Counted from the stretch's first letter, positions 1 through 15,900 are shown. The stretch is 64,000 nt of DNA from the human T2T-CHM13v2.0 reference genome, Homo sapiens (GCF_009914755.1 NC_060935.1); one strand, 5' to 3'. Numbers and translations: made by a program. Notes: generated by a model not told the origin, from the sequence alone.

Positions 1-448
1 AATTTCTACAGGAAATAAGAAAAGGAAAAAAGAAGAAATAATTAGTGGTGGGGTTAAGTGAAGGAAATATGTCAAGAACTAATGTCTGAAATGACTCATC
101 AAATCTGAAATCTGATAAAGGGAACTTACATTTGCGTAGTGTAGAATATCGTCACATAGATGATCTCATTTAATTCTCAGAACAACCCTGAGGTGGAGGG
201 TGGGGTGCGTGGAGGGCAGGTAGGGAGTGTTGCACTGTTGTTACAGTCCTCTCTTTACAGAGGAGATGACCAAAGCTCAGAGAGCAGAAATTACATGCCA
301 AACATCCAGTGTCCCTAAGTGATGCAACTGGAACCAGAGACAAGTCAGCCTGTCTCCTGGTCCAAAGCCACATTCACCTTTTTTTTCAGAATGGGGAGGC
401 AGCTCCTCTGATCTAAAAGCTGAAAGTCTTCATAAAATCAAATAGAAT

Positions 449-777
<329 letters not shown>

Positions 778-1159
778 TAAATAGACTGACATGTAGAGGT
801 TTTTCTGAGCACTGACTCAGAGAGATTCTCCATAAATTCAATTTTTTCTAGGCTGCTTTAAAATGAGGATAGAACACCATTTAGTCAGCTGACTTTCAGG
901 GAGTCAGCTGATACAGAGTAATTCTCCACTTGAGCTGGGAGAAGTCTGACTTGGCTAGAGAATCTGGGGCAGGAAAGAAGAGCAGAGAGCAGTTTATTTT
1001 TTACCTCCCTGTGGCTCTAGGGGGTACACAGGACAACCAAAGATGATGCTGCACTTTTTGGTCAACTCTAGACAGAGAGAGAGAAAGTCTCAGGGTGATG
1101 GAGTGAAAGAGTTAGGAAGACAAGAGTTCTCTCAGCTGGCCCTCTGTTTCTCAGATCTA

Positions 1160-1598
<439 letters not shown>

Positions 1599-1765
1599 TT
1601 AGGGCAACATAGGCTGGTGTGGTTGAAAGAGACTAAAGACACTGTCTAATTCAAATGCTTCATTTTAGCAGTGAGAAAATGAAGGCCCAGAGAAAGGAAG
1701 TGTCTCACTAGATCACACAACTAGTCCATGGCAAAACCAGATAAAGAAAATAGTTCTACTTTTCA

Positions 1766-2064
<299 letters not shown>

Positions 2065-2453
2065 TTCCTGAACTGAAGTTATTCAGGAGGCCAAGGAAAT
2101 CATTCTCTTCCTTCCCTTCTGTCACAACTCAGTAAATCTTTCTTGGCTTCTTGATTATTGGAGGAAGTAAACATTTTTCTATGCTGTCTTTTCTGGGACT
2201 GAGCATGGTCTGTAAGTAATAAACAAGAGTTTCTTCATCCTCTGGAACTCTATCCTCTGTATCCTTTGTAAACCCCACTCTCTAAAAAGCTCTCAGTTTT
2301 ATGACTGGAGCCCCAGAACCAGGGGAAACATGCTGCCTGGGTTTTGCTTTTTCAGTGGAAGCAGATTATATCAACCTTGGTCAGAAAACATCATGAAATT
2401 CTGTTCCACTGTTGTTTAAAATAAATATTTCTGTGAAAAATGCTGATAAAATT

Positions 2454-3381
2454 TGTATTAGTCAGGGTTCTTCAGAAAAATGGAACCAACAGGATTCATG
2501 TATGTGTGTGTGTAAAAAGAGCACTAAAGAGATGTTAAAGAATTGACTCATGCAATTATAGAGGATGATGTCTTAGTCTGTTTTCTGTTGCTTCAAAAGA
2601 ATATTTGATCCAGCGTGTATTCTGTACTTAAAAAAAAAAAGAAAAAAAAGAAAATCTGAAACTGGGTAATCTGTAAAGAAAAGAGGTTTATTTGGCTCAC
2701 ACTTCTGCAGGATAAGAAATTCAAAGGCATGGCCTTGGCTTCTGGCGAGAGCTTTCATGCAGCATCACAACATGTTGGAGAAGGTCAAGCCGGAAGCAGA
2801 CACATGCAAACAGGGGAAGCCAGGGGAGCGTCCTGGCATTATAGCAACCCACTTTCACAGGAACTAATCATTGCTATGAGAACCAGTTCAGTTGCCTGAC
2901 AGCGAGAACGGACTAACTTGAGAACATCACAAAGCCATTCATGAGCGCTGTCCCCATAATCCAAATACCTTCCACTAGTCCCCACCTCCCAACACCAGCA
3001 CACTGAGGATCAAATTCAGCATAAGCTTTGGTGGAGACAACCAACCATATCCAAACCATAGCAGATGGCAAGTCCAAAATCTGCAAGGCAGGCGAGCAGT
3101 CTGCAGAACCCAGAAAGAATTAATGTTGCAGTTCAAGGCTGAAGGCCGCCTGCTGAAAGAATTTCCTCTTGCTCAGAGGAGGTGAGTCTTTTGTTCCAGT
3201 TAGGCCTTCAACTGATTGGATAAGGCACACCCACATTATGAAGGGCAATCTGGTTTCCTCAAAGTCCAATAAATTAAATGTTAATTTCATCTAAAACACT
3301 TTCACAGAAACATCCAGAATAATGTTTGACCAATATCCGGGCATTGCAGCTCAGCCAGGTTGACACAAAATAAACATCACA
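2454..3381 (-). mobile_element. MLT2-type (ERVL) solo LTR, interrupted by an MST LTR
   Basis: tgtattagtcagggttc start; aggccttcaactgattgg...cccacattatgaagggcaatc...gaaacatccagaataatgtttgacca...catcaca end. Confidence 0.85.
2569..3063 (-). mobile_element. MST-type (MaLR) solo LTR nested in MLT2
   Basis: tgtcttagtctgttttctgttgc...aagaggtttatttggctcac...ccaaaccatagca; TSD gatga 2564-2568 / gatgg 3064-3068. Confidence 0.85.
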
Positions 3382-3444
3382 AGACCACAAGCTGAAAGTT
3401 TTACAACCCAAGAGTCCCGTTAGAACTCTGATGTAGCTGGATGA

Positions 3445-3954
<510 letters not shown>

Positions 3955-4231
3955 CTTCTGTTTTGTTTCATAAATTAAGCAAAAGACCAGATAGGGGAGA
4001 CACTGCCTTGTTTTTCCTTCAAATATACTTGGTGGACTGGAGTTCCAACAACCAGACCTTTGGGGCTGAGATAAGTTTTTCTTTCTAAGTCCTCAGTGTG
4101 GGGAACTACGACATCTGGCTTCCTGTTAGGAAGTTAAAGCTTGTGGCTATAGGAGAAGGTCTGACTCTTGGTGAAGCTGCAAAAGTCTTAGAGCTCTAAA
4201 TATCGGGCTTTGGACATGGAGATTCTTTTAT

Positions 4232-5200
4232 ACGTTCAACAAGTATCCTTTGTGCCAGGCTTGATTGTACATGCTGGCAACATAACCATGAACAAAAGTC
4301 ACAAAAATCCCTGCTTTCCTGGAGTTTTCATGCTACCAGGGGAGACAGACAAGAGACAATATGAATACGTGAAATACAACATATAATATGCTAATTACAA
4401 GTGGTAAAGAGAAAAATAAAGCAGGGAAGGGGACTAGCAAATGCTGGGGAACAGATGTTGTGATTTCAGATAAGGTGGCTAAGGAAGGCCTTGCCAAGTA
4501 AGTAACATTTGAGTAAAGACCGGAAGCACAAGAGAAGGTGAACAGTGTAGACAACTGAAGAAAAAGCATTCTAAGCAGAGAAATAACTGTAAAGGCCATT
4601 GTTGTGGGTTGAATTATTTCCCGTCGCCAAAACATATGTTGAAGTCCTAAGCCCTGGTACCTGTGAAATGTGACCTTATTTGAAGACAGGGTCTTTGCAG
4701 ATCAAGTGAAGATGTGGTCATTAGGGTGGGACCTAATCCAATATGAATGGTGTTTTTATGAGAGGACACAGAGACAGAGAGACACAGGGAATATGCTGTG
4801 TGATGACAAAAGAGAGATTTAAGGGATGCAACTGCAAGCCAAGGAATGCCGAGAGTTGACAGCCATGGCCAGAATCTCAGAAGAGGCAGGCAAGAGTTCT
4901 CTCCTACAGGTTTTAGTGGGAGCATGGCCCTGGTTAACACTTTTCACCTCCGGAACTGTGAGACAGTAAATTTCTGTTGTTTTGAGCCACTCAGTTTTTG
5001 GTACTTTGCAATGGCAGCCCTAGAAAACTAATCCAGCCATGAAACGGGTATGTGCCTGGCATGTTGAAGGAAGATGGAGGCCAATGTCACATGGGAGGAA
5101 GTCATAGGAGATTGGATCAGAGAAGTTACACAACAGATGGCGAGATCATGTGGCACCTTATGGTTGGAGATGTGACATGATCTGACTTACCCTTTAACGG
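4232..5200 (+). mobile_element. L2 3' fragment, split by MLT1
   Basis: tgtgccaggc...gaacaaaagtcacaaaaatccctgc...gtaacatttgagtaaagacc...ggagatgtgacatgatctgactt. Confidence 0.65.
4600..5035 (+). mobile_element. MLT1C/D-like MaLR solo LTR
   Basis: tgttgtgggttgaatt...gtgaccttatttgaagacagggtctttgcagat...gcagccctagaaaactaatcca; perfect TSD gccat 4595-4599 / 5036-5040. Confidence 0.9.
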
Positions 5201-6199
5201 GCTCACATATAGTTATAACTGTGTGTTGCATTCATGGCTGAAGGGAGATGTATAGAAGAACCCAGACAATATTACATACACTAGATAATCATAAGAGGTA
5301 TAGAGATAGGTGCCAAATTGTGTAAATACTAAAATCACCGTGCTTATAATTAAATCTTTCATTTGCTCTTTAGGTGTATTTTAATCTGTAATGTTAATGC
5401 ATAACTAATTTTTAAAAGATGAAATTAAAATTTTTATTTTCAAAAACAGACTCTTAGGTGGCAAAGCATGAATTTGCTGACCTCAGGTGAACACATTAGT
5501 GACTATCTGGGTTGCTCTAACCATAATCATGGCATACCCCTCACCTGGTGTCATAGACAAGGAGACCCATTGGCTAGATTCCCCTTCTAGGAAGGACTTG
5601 CTATTCTGTCAGGGGAAATATGGTCAGCAGACAGCCTTCAGCTCCTTCAGGGTTTGTCTCTGTTGCAGAGAACAGGCTATCTTGTATATGGTTCAAAGAC
5701 AGAGAAAAAACTGAGTTAGCTTAAGAGACAGGAAATGTATTTATGAAGGATTAAGTATATCTCACAGAACCCAACCTCATGAAGGACTGGAAATGGAAGA
5801 AGATGGTCTCCCTGTTTCTGTATCTCTCATCATCATCATCATCACCGTGTTCTGTCTATACTTCTTATGGTAGATCAACTCTCACAGCTCATCAGATGAC
5901 ATGACCCAAAACGGAAGTCCCAAAATGTCACCCTCTGTTGCCCTTATTCTCTGCCACCATATAGGTCCAGTGCCTGTAGCCAACTGATCCTATCTCTCTA
6001 GATTCTCAGGAGAGATGGTCTGACTTGGCTCTCTCTTTGGTCAGATGTCCACTCCTAGCCAGTCAGCTATAGCTGGAGACTGGGTCATTTTGAATGGAAA
6101 ACTGCCCTTCTTCCAAGGCTGTGGATGGAGTTTATTTTCTAAGAAGAGATGTGATGTTGGGAAGAATATGCAGTGCATCTCTAGCACAAAAATCCTCAC

Positions 6200-6800
6200 A
6201 GCTATGATATTGTAGGAAAAATGTTCAACTTTGAAGCCATGGGATCAGTTTTGAGTTCTTGTTCTGCCATGTATTAATTGTATGAACTCTAATGGGGTCA
6301 ATTAAACTTTTAAGCCTCTGTTTCCTCAACTGAAAAATTTCACATTTTTTGAGATGGGCACTAGGCTATGCACCAGCAATATAGAAATAAAAGATACAGT
6401 CCCTGCTAGACAGATGTTCACAGTCTAGCAAAGCAGGCAGGTAGGAAAGCCCAATAACTACAGTTCTAGGTCCATATGCAGTGATGGAGAGAGCACGCCT
6501 GGGTGAGGTGCCCTCCTTGAATGCCCCAGTGTGTGGGTGTGTGGGCATGCACGGTGTGGATAGAAGAGAAGAGGAAGGGAAGAGAATGGGGGAAAGCTTC
6601 CTAGAGGAGGTCAACCTGGGGCGGGAACTTGATAGGCAGGAGATAAATGTGGGGAGGAGGAAGTATACCCAGGCAAGGAGAGCACCATGTGCTGAGTCAC
6701 AAATACGTGAAGGAATGTGGTCATCTCAGACACATGTAAACGGGAGGGCAGGGCTGAAGTAAAGAACTGCATCTGGCATGGAGCCAGGCAGGTGTGGTGG
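6200..6800 (+). mobile_element. MIR and L2 fragments
   Basis: ttctgccatgtattaattgtatga...cctctgtttcctcaactgaaaaat (MIR core); cacagtctagc...gaaagcttcctagaggagg (L2). Confidence 0.55.
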
Positions 6801-7021
6801 GGTGGTAAGAGATGAAACTCCTCTGATTGAGAAGGAAGACATGTGGGCAAGCGCTCTGAAAACAAACAGTGCTACAGACACAACAATGGTGAACAGGGAG
6901 TGTTGATTATGTGAAACCAGGAGCTAGGCTACTTGGTGTCATGAACGTGTCTCTCTATGAGGCAGGAAATATAATCTTCATTTTACAGGGCCTTATTGAG
7001 TCATAGTCCCAAGGTCTCATG

Positions 7022-7480
7022 GTGTCTTGGTTTGGGTTCTCTCAGAAGTGGACGTTGAGAAAAGGATTCAAGCAAAGGTAGTTTATTTGGTGGACGATCC
7101 TAGGAAACCCCAGTCAGAAAGTGGGGAAGCGAGGTGCAGAAGAGAAGGAGCCGATAAAGTGTGTGCTATCAAAGACGTTACCACTGAGGGTACCTGGAGC
7201 TCAATCCCACTGGGAAATGTGGGAAGACAGAGAGGAATATGCCTCTGAAGTATTTCCCCCAAGAGGCAAGGAAGCTGGGGTGTTTCTCTCCAAATCTCCA
7301 TCTGTCACTGTTTGAGGACTATTTCTCAGATATTAACTCTGGAAATCCCAGCTTCCCTTGCACAGGGCCCCAGCGTGCTCTTCAGGCAGTGAGTCACAAG
7401 GGTTCTCAGTAAGCAGACTTCAGGGTGCACAGGGGAGGGCTGAGAGGTTATGGGCAGAACATTGACAGCATGTGCTATGC
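7022..7480. mobile_element. ERVL-class solo LTR (LTR41-like)
   Basis: tgtcttggtttgggttctctcagaag...gtagtttatttgg...gctcaatcccactggg...ggaagctggggtgtttc pattern. Confidence 0.6.
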
Positions 7481-8061
7481 ACAAACAGTGAGGAGGGGAG
7501 CAAGGGCTTGGTCCCAAGCAGCCTGGCTTAGGTTTAACAACAGTATTATACTCTTTCCCAAATGTAGAGTATTATTAATATACATATTTATACTGATACT
7601 TACAGTACTTTTCAGAAACCATAGTATTGAGCCTAGAATAGAGGGAGTCTGTTGTCCTCATCAATGATTGACACATAATGGATACTTAATGAATATTTTT
7701 GGATGAATGTTTTAAAAGTCAAAACATAACTAATTCAGTGTTATTTACCTATAAAGAGCCTTTGGCTGGGAATCAGAAGATTTGGATTGTAGTTTGAGTT
7801 CTGCCATCAGTTTGGGGACCTCAGGGAAGCCATCTAGACTAATTGAGCTTCACTTTTCTCATTTTAAAACCTCATTTTATTACCCACCCCACTTGCCTAC
7901 TGTTAGAGTTGTGAGGATGAAATGTAATAATGAATGTGAAAAGTTAAAAGTATGGCAAACTAAGGAGTAATTCTGTATCTCTGCCTTGATTTTGAATCAG
8001 GAAGAAGTGGGCCTTTGGTTTCCCAGGACCCAGGACCATGTACTGTGAGGCCACCAAGTCC

Positions 8062-8560
8062 ATCAGTCAGGGCTCTTTGTTGTAACAGGTGCTAACTCTG
8101 ACTATCTTAGTCAAAAAAGAGTTTATTAAAGAGATAGCAGGATGATCACAGAATTGATAAGCAGTCTAGAGAATCAAGCTAGGAAAATGGACAGGAACTG
8201 AAAAAGAACCATGGGGAAGACCACACCTCAGAAACATCCTGGTGAAAATGCTGCTTCCTCTCCCACTGAGCAGTGGACACCAGTGCTGCCACCAGCACAA
8301 ATTCTAAACCGTCCGAGTTTCTTGGGTCATTTGCTTCAAACTTGGAGTCTCAGGCAGTAATATCAGGGGGGCCAAGATTAGGTCATATGCTTGTGCGCCA
8401 GCTGCCAGGGACCCAGGAGGCCAACCGTCTGGCCTGTTTTCCAGCTTCCATCAGGGGAAGACACATTCTACCTCCCAGCATGTCTCATGCAATGGCAGTT
8501 TCCCCAGACACAGGAAGGGGGCTCAGACGCTGGGCAGCCAAGAAGAATGTAAGTTCCATC
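8062..8560 (-). mobile_element. Old MaLR (MLT1-type) LTR fragment
   Basis: tcagtcagggctctttgttgtaacag...aactctgactatcttagtcaaaaaagagtttattaaag start motif. Confidence 0.45.
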
Positions 8561-9207
8561 CAAGTCAGAATGTAGGGAAAGTGAGGATACTGGTTCAAAA
8601 TTGAAAAACCAAGATAAAGAGAAGGTCATGTTTTATTGAGTAGCAACATTGACTTGAGGCTTTATTAACCAGGAACTGTTCAAGGTGCTGGGTACAAAGA
8701 GGACTTTGACACTGGTACTGGCCTCAAGGTGCTCTAGCCAGTTAGGAAATGTATATTAAAATAAAATATGATAAGAAAGGGCTATAACTGAGATGTAACA
8801 AAATTCAACAGGAGCACAAAATAAAGGATTAATGCTGGGGATCATGTGGGTGGTCAGGAAAGTTTTCACAGAGATGGGTCTTGAAGGACGGAAAGAGAGA
8901 GAAATGAAAGAGCATTAGAAGCAGAGCCACCTCTGGTATCTGTTACTCTTTCTAACCAGCCAGAATCTGGGTCCGGTATTTCCTGCTCAGTCCTTTCCTA
9001 CTGCCACCAAGCACAACACATATGCTACTACAATTAAGGTCTAAAATTAGTATGATTAAGGTCTAAGCAATATGAGGGTATTGTTCAAGCCAGGATTTTC
9101 TTCCTTGGCTCTCCCCAAACTCTCTAGTGCAGAGTGATGTTGGCAAAAGTTATTGCTGCTTTTGTTGTTTTTAGCTATTTTAGATGAAAGCATATACTCA
9201 GACCTGA

Positions 9208-9516
9208 GTTTGTTTGTTGGCTTGTTTTTTAGATATGGTGGTCTTACTCTGTCATCCAGGCTGGAGTACAGTGGTGCAATCATAGCTCACTGTAACCTTA
9301 AACTCCTGGGCTCAAGCAGTACTCCCACCTCAGCTTCCAGAGAAGCTAAGACTATAGGCACATGCCACCATACCCTGCTACTTTTTTATTTTTTATTTTT
9401 TGTAGACATAGTCTTGCTATGCTTCTCAGGCTCATCTCAAACTCCTAGGCTCAAGCGATCCTCCCATTTTAACCTTCCAATGTTGGAATTACAGGCATGA
9501 GCCACCACGGCCAGCT
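9208..9516 (-). mobile_element. Alu (AluJ) inserted in a MIR
   Basis: AluJ diagnostics (catagctcactgtaacc, gggctcaagc); TSD agacctgagttt. Confidence 0.9.
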
Positions 9517-10722
9517 AGACCTGAGTTTAAATAATGGCTCAGCCACTGACTAAAATCTCTCTGAGCCTTGATTTCCTCAAAGATAAAATGGGAATAAAAA
9601 ATACTTGCCTTCCAAGTATTCCAAGGACTTTTGAAGATTAACTTAGATAATGTTTGCAAAGTGCCAACGATTGGCAGTTGGCAGGTGCTGTTATTGCTGT
9701 TGGTTTGAAACAGTTCTTTGAAAATCTGGTGATGAAGAAGAGACCTTACTCTTCTTCCCCTTTGACCTCAGGGGTTTCATACAAAGAGTGAGGAGATTAC
9801 AAGAAGGAAATGTCTTCCAAGAGAGAAAGAACCCAGAGGTTCTGCCAAAAATGTGAGACTATATGGGGGAAGCAGATATGAGCTACTTTCAAAGCCTGAC
9901 TCCGTGGTGGGACTGAGAGCCTGGCTCCTGAGTCGAGAGAGGCTTTCCAATCCCACAAGAATGATTTCAAAAACAGCCCTCTTGGCATTACTGACATTTG
10001 CCTCTGCCCTTTTCAAGGAGGAAACAATTTACCCAGATGCAGGCCCGCTTAGGCTCCATTCTCTAGCAAGATCAAGCCAAGAACTTGGAAGGGTGGAGGA
10101 CAGCACATTCATGAAGCCATTTTCACATACTGTTCCTGCACAGCCTTTGAAAATGTGTGCCTTGTAACAGGTTGAATAACACTGGTAAAATCGCATTGTG
10201 TCCATTCTGAATAACAAGTATGATATTTGAGAGGAATTAGCTATGGGCTGAAGAAATTTAATAAACAGGGAAGATACAGATGTGAAAATGCTGTGTGGCT
10301 TGGAACAGACACCAAATTATGTGGAGTATGAACTTAAATCTCCTTTCTGAAATTCCTGGCCTATAATTTAATAGTCTCTTCTTCCTAATAAACAATAGTG
10401 TTCTATTCCAACCTTGGACTTCTAGGTAAATTCTGACCATTCATTCATTAAACAGCTATATGTTGAATACTTACTACATGCCAGGCATTGCAATGGGTGT
10501 ACAGGATCTTGATTCTGATTCTGGAGAAAGGAGAAGAGATTGTTTTGTAAACATTTAGGGCTTCTCCTTTCAAATGTTATTTGTGGGAAAGCATGAATGC
10601 CTCCCCTGTCTGCATATGGAGAAGATAATTTCATGTAGAATGGCGTAGTTCTGGTGTTTACTAGGCTCATCATCCCATCTGGGGGTAGGCCCAGGATTGG
10701 GAAGGATAGAGCAGCCATGCAT

Positions 10723-10736
10723 GTTGCTATGGTAAC
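10723..10736. promoter_or_regulatory. RFX X-box motif
   Basis: GTTGCTATGGTAAC fits GTYRCYATRGYAAC, in non-repeat DNA; motif match only. Confidence 0.4.
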
Positions 10737-11305
10737 TTGGCATTAACACACCTTAGCTCCTTTGTGTCACCCCCAAATTTCCTTTAAAACTAGTGTACAT
10801 TTTCAGAATGTGGAAAGCTTTTCTTAATTTTCACGTGGCCAGTTATAAAGGCATTTTTCAAAGCACTCAGGCAAAAGGATGGTCCTTTTTTTTTGAGGCT
10901 GAGGCTATGCTGATGCTATTTTCTAAAAGCATAATCAGGATCTAGACTATCTTATTCTTTCATAGGAGATTGCACTTTCAAATCCCTTTCACATATGTTA
11001 TTGTGCTTTTATTGCCACCTTGTTTTAACCTCCTGCTTAAGCTACTCTGAAGGGCAGGAAAATGAACCCACTAAATTTTTATGCCTCAAAATAACCATGT
11101 GAGGTAGGAACTAATACCTGTATTTTATAAATGAAAGAACTAAGGCTCAAACAAGGTCACATGGTTAGAAAATAACAGGATGAGGAGGAATGGAACCAGG
11201 CCTTTAGATTGCAGATCTGGTGTCTTTCTGTTATACCTTCACTGACTCCCAGTATCTTCCAGCCTTTGTTACTTTATAAAAATATAGATGCATACAAAGC
11301 AGTGA

Positions 11306-11637
<332 letters not shown>

Positions 11638-11680
11638 GTGTGTTTTTCTTTTCTTTTTCTTTTTTTTTTTAAAATAGCTT

Positions 11681-12670
<990 letters not shown>

Positions 12671-13085
12671 GACGCTTAGTGTGCTTTGCTTTTTTCACTC
12701 AACATTATTTCATAGATATGTTTCCATGTTCACTTGGTTATCATTTTTAATGGTTACACAGCGTTCCAAATCAGTTAGTTGGATATTATTTAAAAATTAC
12801 TTTAAAGCTCAGGACTTGGATTGTTTTCATTTTGTGCCATTATAAATAGTGGTACTAGAATCTTCACTGCTTACTACATTTTTCCTTTAGCTTATGTCCT
12901 TGAGGTATGTTCCAAAGTGGAACAAAGGGCACATACAGCTCATGTACTGCTTCCCTGGTTAGTCTGCAGAAGAGTTGACTGTACCTAAAATGCTATCAGC
13001 AAAGTTTGCACTTGCCTTCCTCTCCACAGCCTCTGCCAACATAAGGCTTTGTTGCTTTATTTGTGTATATTAATGATATAGTTAC

Positions 13086-13441
13086 TGTATTAGTCTGTTC
13101 TCACACTGCTAATAAAGACATACTTGAGACTGGATAATTTATAAAGAAAAGAGGTTTAATTGACTCACAGTTCCACATGGCTGGGGAGGCCTCATAATCA
13201 TGGCAGAAGGCAAAGGAGAAGCAAAGTCATGTCTTACATGGTAGCAGGTAAGAGAGTTTGTGTAGGGGAACGCCCATTTATAAAACCATCAGATCTCATG
13301 AAACTTACTCTCTCCCATGAGAACAGTATGGGGGAAACCATCCCCATGATTCAGTTATCTCCATCTGGCCCGGCCCTTGACACATGGGGATTATTACAAT
13401 TCAAGATGAGATTTGGGTGGTGACTGAGCCAAACCATATCA
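13086..13441 (-). mobile_element. THE1 (MaLR) solo LTR
   Basis: tgtattagtctgttctcacactgctaataaagacatac...ggggattattacaattcaagatgagatttgggtg...ccaaaccatatca. Confidence 0.92.
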
Positions 13442-13465
13442 GGTATAGGTACATGATAGAATCTT

Positions 13466-13767
13466 ATTTTTTATTTTTATTTTGAGACAGAATCTCACTC
13501 TGTTGCCCAGGCTCAAGTGCAGTGGCACGATCTTGGCTCACTGCAACCACTTCCTCCTGGGTTCAAGTGATTATCCTGCCTCAACCTCCCCAGTAGCTGG
13601 GAATTACAGGCATGCACAACCACATCCAGCTAATTTTTGTATTTTTTAGTAGAAATGAGGTTTCAGCATGTTGGCCAGGTTGGTCTCAAACTCCTGGTCT
13701 CAGGTGATCTGCCTGCCTCGGCCTCCCAAAGTGCTGGGATTACATGTGTGAGCCACCACACCTGGCC
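13466..13767 (-). mobile_element. Alu (AluS)
   Basis: Antisense Alu; TSD gaatctta. Confidence 0.95.
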
Positions 13768-13949
13768 TGAATCTTAACAATCTTAGGCTGTTTCGATTTG
13801 CATTTCTTTCATTGTTGGTGAACTCACAATATTTTAACAGCCATCAGCTGTTACTCTAAGCCATCCATCCAAAAAAGCCAAGCAGTGCAGGAGAATCTAG
13901 GGCCATAGCAAAAGGCAGAAGATGGAGCTTAAAGAAATTCCCTGGGTTT

Positions 13950-14246
13950 GGGCAGGGCGTAGTGGCTCACGCCTGTAGTCCCAATACTTTGGGAAGCCAA
14001 GGAGGGGAGATCACCCGAGGTCAGGATGATCTCAGGTCAGGTTCGAGATGGTGAAACCTCATCTCTACTAAAAATACAAAAATTAGCCTGGGCGTGGTGT
14101 CAGGCACCTATAATCTCAGCTACTTAGGAGGCTGAGGCACAAGAATAGCTTGAACCCAGGAGGCGAAGGCTGCAGTGAGCTAAGATCGCACCACTGCACT
14201 CCAGCCTGGGCGACAGAGTGAGACTCTGTCTTTAAAAAAAAAAAAA
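13950..14246 (+). mobile_element. Alu (AluS) with rearranged left arm
   Basis: TSD aaattccctgggt; aggtcagg duplicated and adjacent sequence deleted near 14015-14050. Confidence 0.93.
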
Positions 14247-14339
14247 TTCCCTGGGTCTGGGAGCAGGCTCAGGAGGTATGTTTGATAGCGTGACTGCAGC
14301 CTCAGCTGTAGATGAAGAGGACACTGGTAATGATGCTGA

Positions 14340-14900
14340 ACTGATTTAGACATCATATCCTTTTCCACGTTCTCCTTTCATTTGGCACTTCTCCTGGTTC
14401 TGCTTCTCCCTCCCTGGCCATTCCTTCTAAGCCTCCTTTCAGCATTTCTTTCCTTCTACCTGCTTCTTATACATCGGTATTAAATATAGGATTTCATTAT
14501 TGGATCCTTCTTTTTTAACTTAATACTCTGGGCAATCTCATTCACCCCCATGGCGGTAATGACAATTTAAATGCTGAAAATTCCCAAATATGTATTGCCA
14601 GCCTAGACTACGCTCTTGAATTCCAGAAGCACATATCTAGTTTCCAACTGTATATCTCCATTTGAATGTCCTCTAGGCACCTTGAGTCCAGTATCTTCCC
14701 CTCCGATCACTCCTTTTTTTCCCCATATGCCCTACCTGTATGACTGTAGCAACATCAACCCAGTCACTGAAGCCAGAAATGTGGAAGGCACTCCAAACTC
14801 TTTCTTCTGCACCTACATATTCCTAAATGTGCACCTTCTTCTCCCTAAACCTATTACACGAATTTGATTAATGTTTCAACCATTTCTCCCAATAACTCTA
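14340..14900 (-). mobile_element. L2 fragment
   Basis: caatctcattcacccccatggc...tcttgaattccagaagcacatatctagtttccaactg...cccagtcactgaagccagaaa. Confidence 0.6.
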
Positions 14901-15777
14901 GCATTGTTACATGTATTAGGGTTCTATTGGTTGCAACTCGTTGCTTCAGAAGGGAATGGAAGAAGATTTATTGGATGTATACTTGTGTGGAATGAAAGGA
15001 GAAACTGAGAAATCATTGTGGAGAGGCAGGCTTCAGAGTGGCTCCGGGGACCTCAGCAGCAAGCAGGTTGCTCTGGGCCTTCTCTGGAGAGTCTCCTACG
15101 AATAGACTTGGTTCCAACAATGCTTAGCCTCTGCATCTCTTGGATCAAAGTTCCAAATTTCTAGGGAAATCTGGGGACCAACAAAGATTAAGAAGTTTAG
15201 GAAGTTTGAGTCATGTGATGGGGACACAGCTCTGGAGGATGACTTCTATGTATTAGAGGCAAATATCAAAGAAAAAAGAGACGGCATGAGATGGACAGTC
15301 TTTCCAGAAATTGTCTATGACATTGCCACAGTTTCTGAACTGGTCTTCTTGCCTCTGGTCTTACATTTCACCAACCCACATTGTGCATTCTCTTCCAAAA
15401 TACAAGTCTGAGAGAAAAAAAAAAAGAAAACTATAGGCGTGAAATCCTTCTTCATCTCTTACTAAGTCTTGGACTTTGAGCAACAGCAACTACCATCTGA
15501 GTCCCTCTGATCTGCTAGCACTGTGTCAGTACTTTACATATGTTATATTCATGACCACTCTGCAGGGCAGATATTGTAATTACTGTGCAAAAGAAGAAAG
15601 TGAGGCTTGGAAGGAATTAGTAAGCTTGTCCTAGGGGCCCTGACTGGCAAGTAGCAGAATTTACCTGATTCAAGGCATTTATTAATGGATTATACTCCTT
15701 CTCTGAGATTTGCAGTCTCTTGGTTTATAAAGTGAGTATAACTTTTTTGTTTTTCAGGATTAATGTTAGAATTAGGC

Positions 15778-15900
15778 AATACTGGCTACATAATTTGTGA
15801 GGCCCAGTGCAAAATGAAAATGCAGGATGGCCCCTTGTAAAGTAATTATTAAAAATTTCAAGAGAGCAACAGCAGGGCATTAAACTCAGTATGGGGCTCT
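15778..15900. mobile_element. hAT DNA transposon relic (MER91-like)
   Basis: ggctacataatttgtgaggcccagtgcaaaatgaaaatg...aatttcaaga...gcattaaac. Confidence 0.55.
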
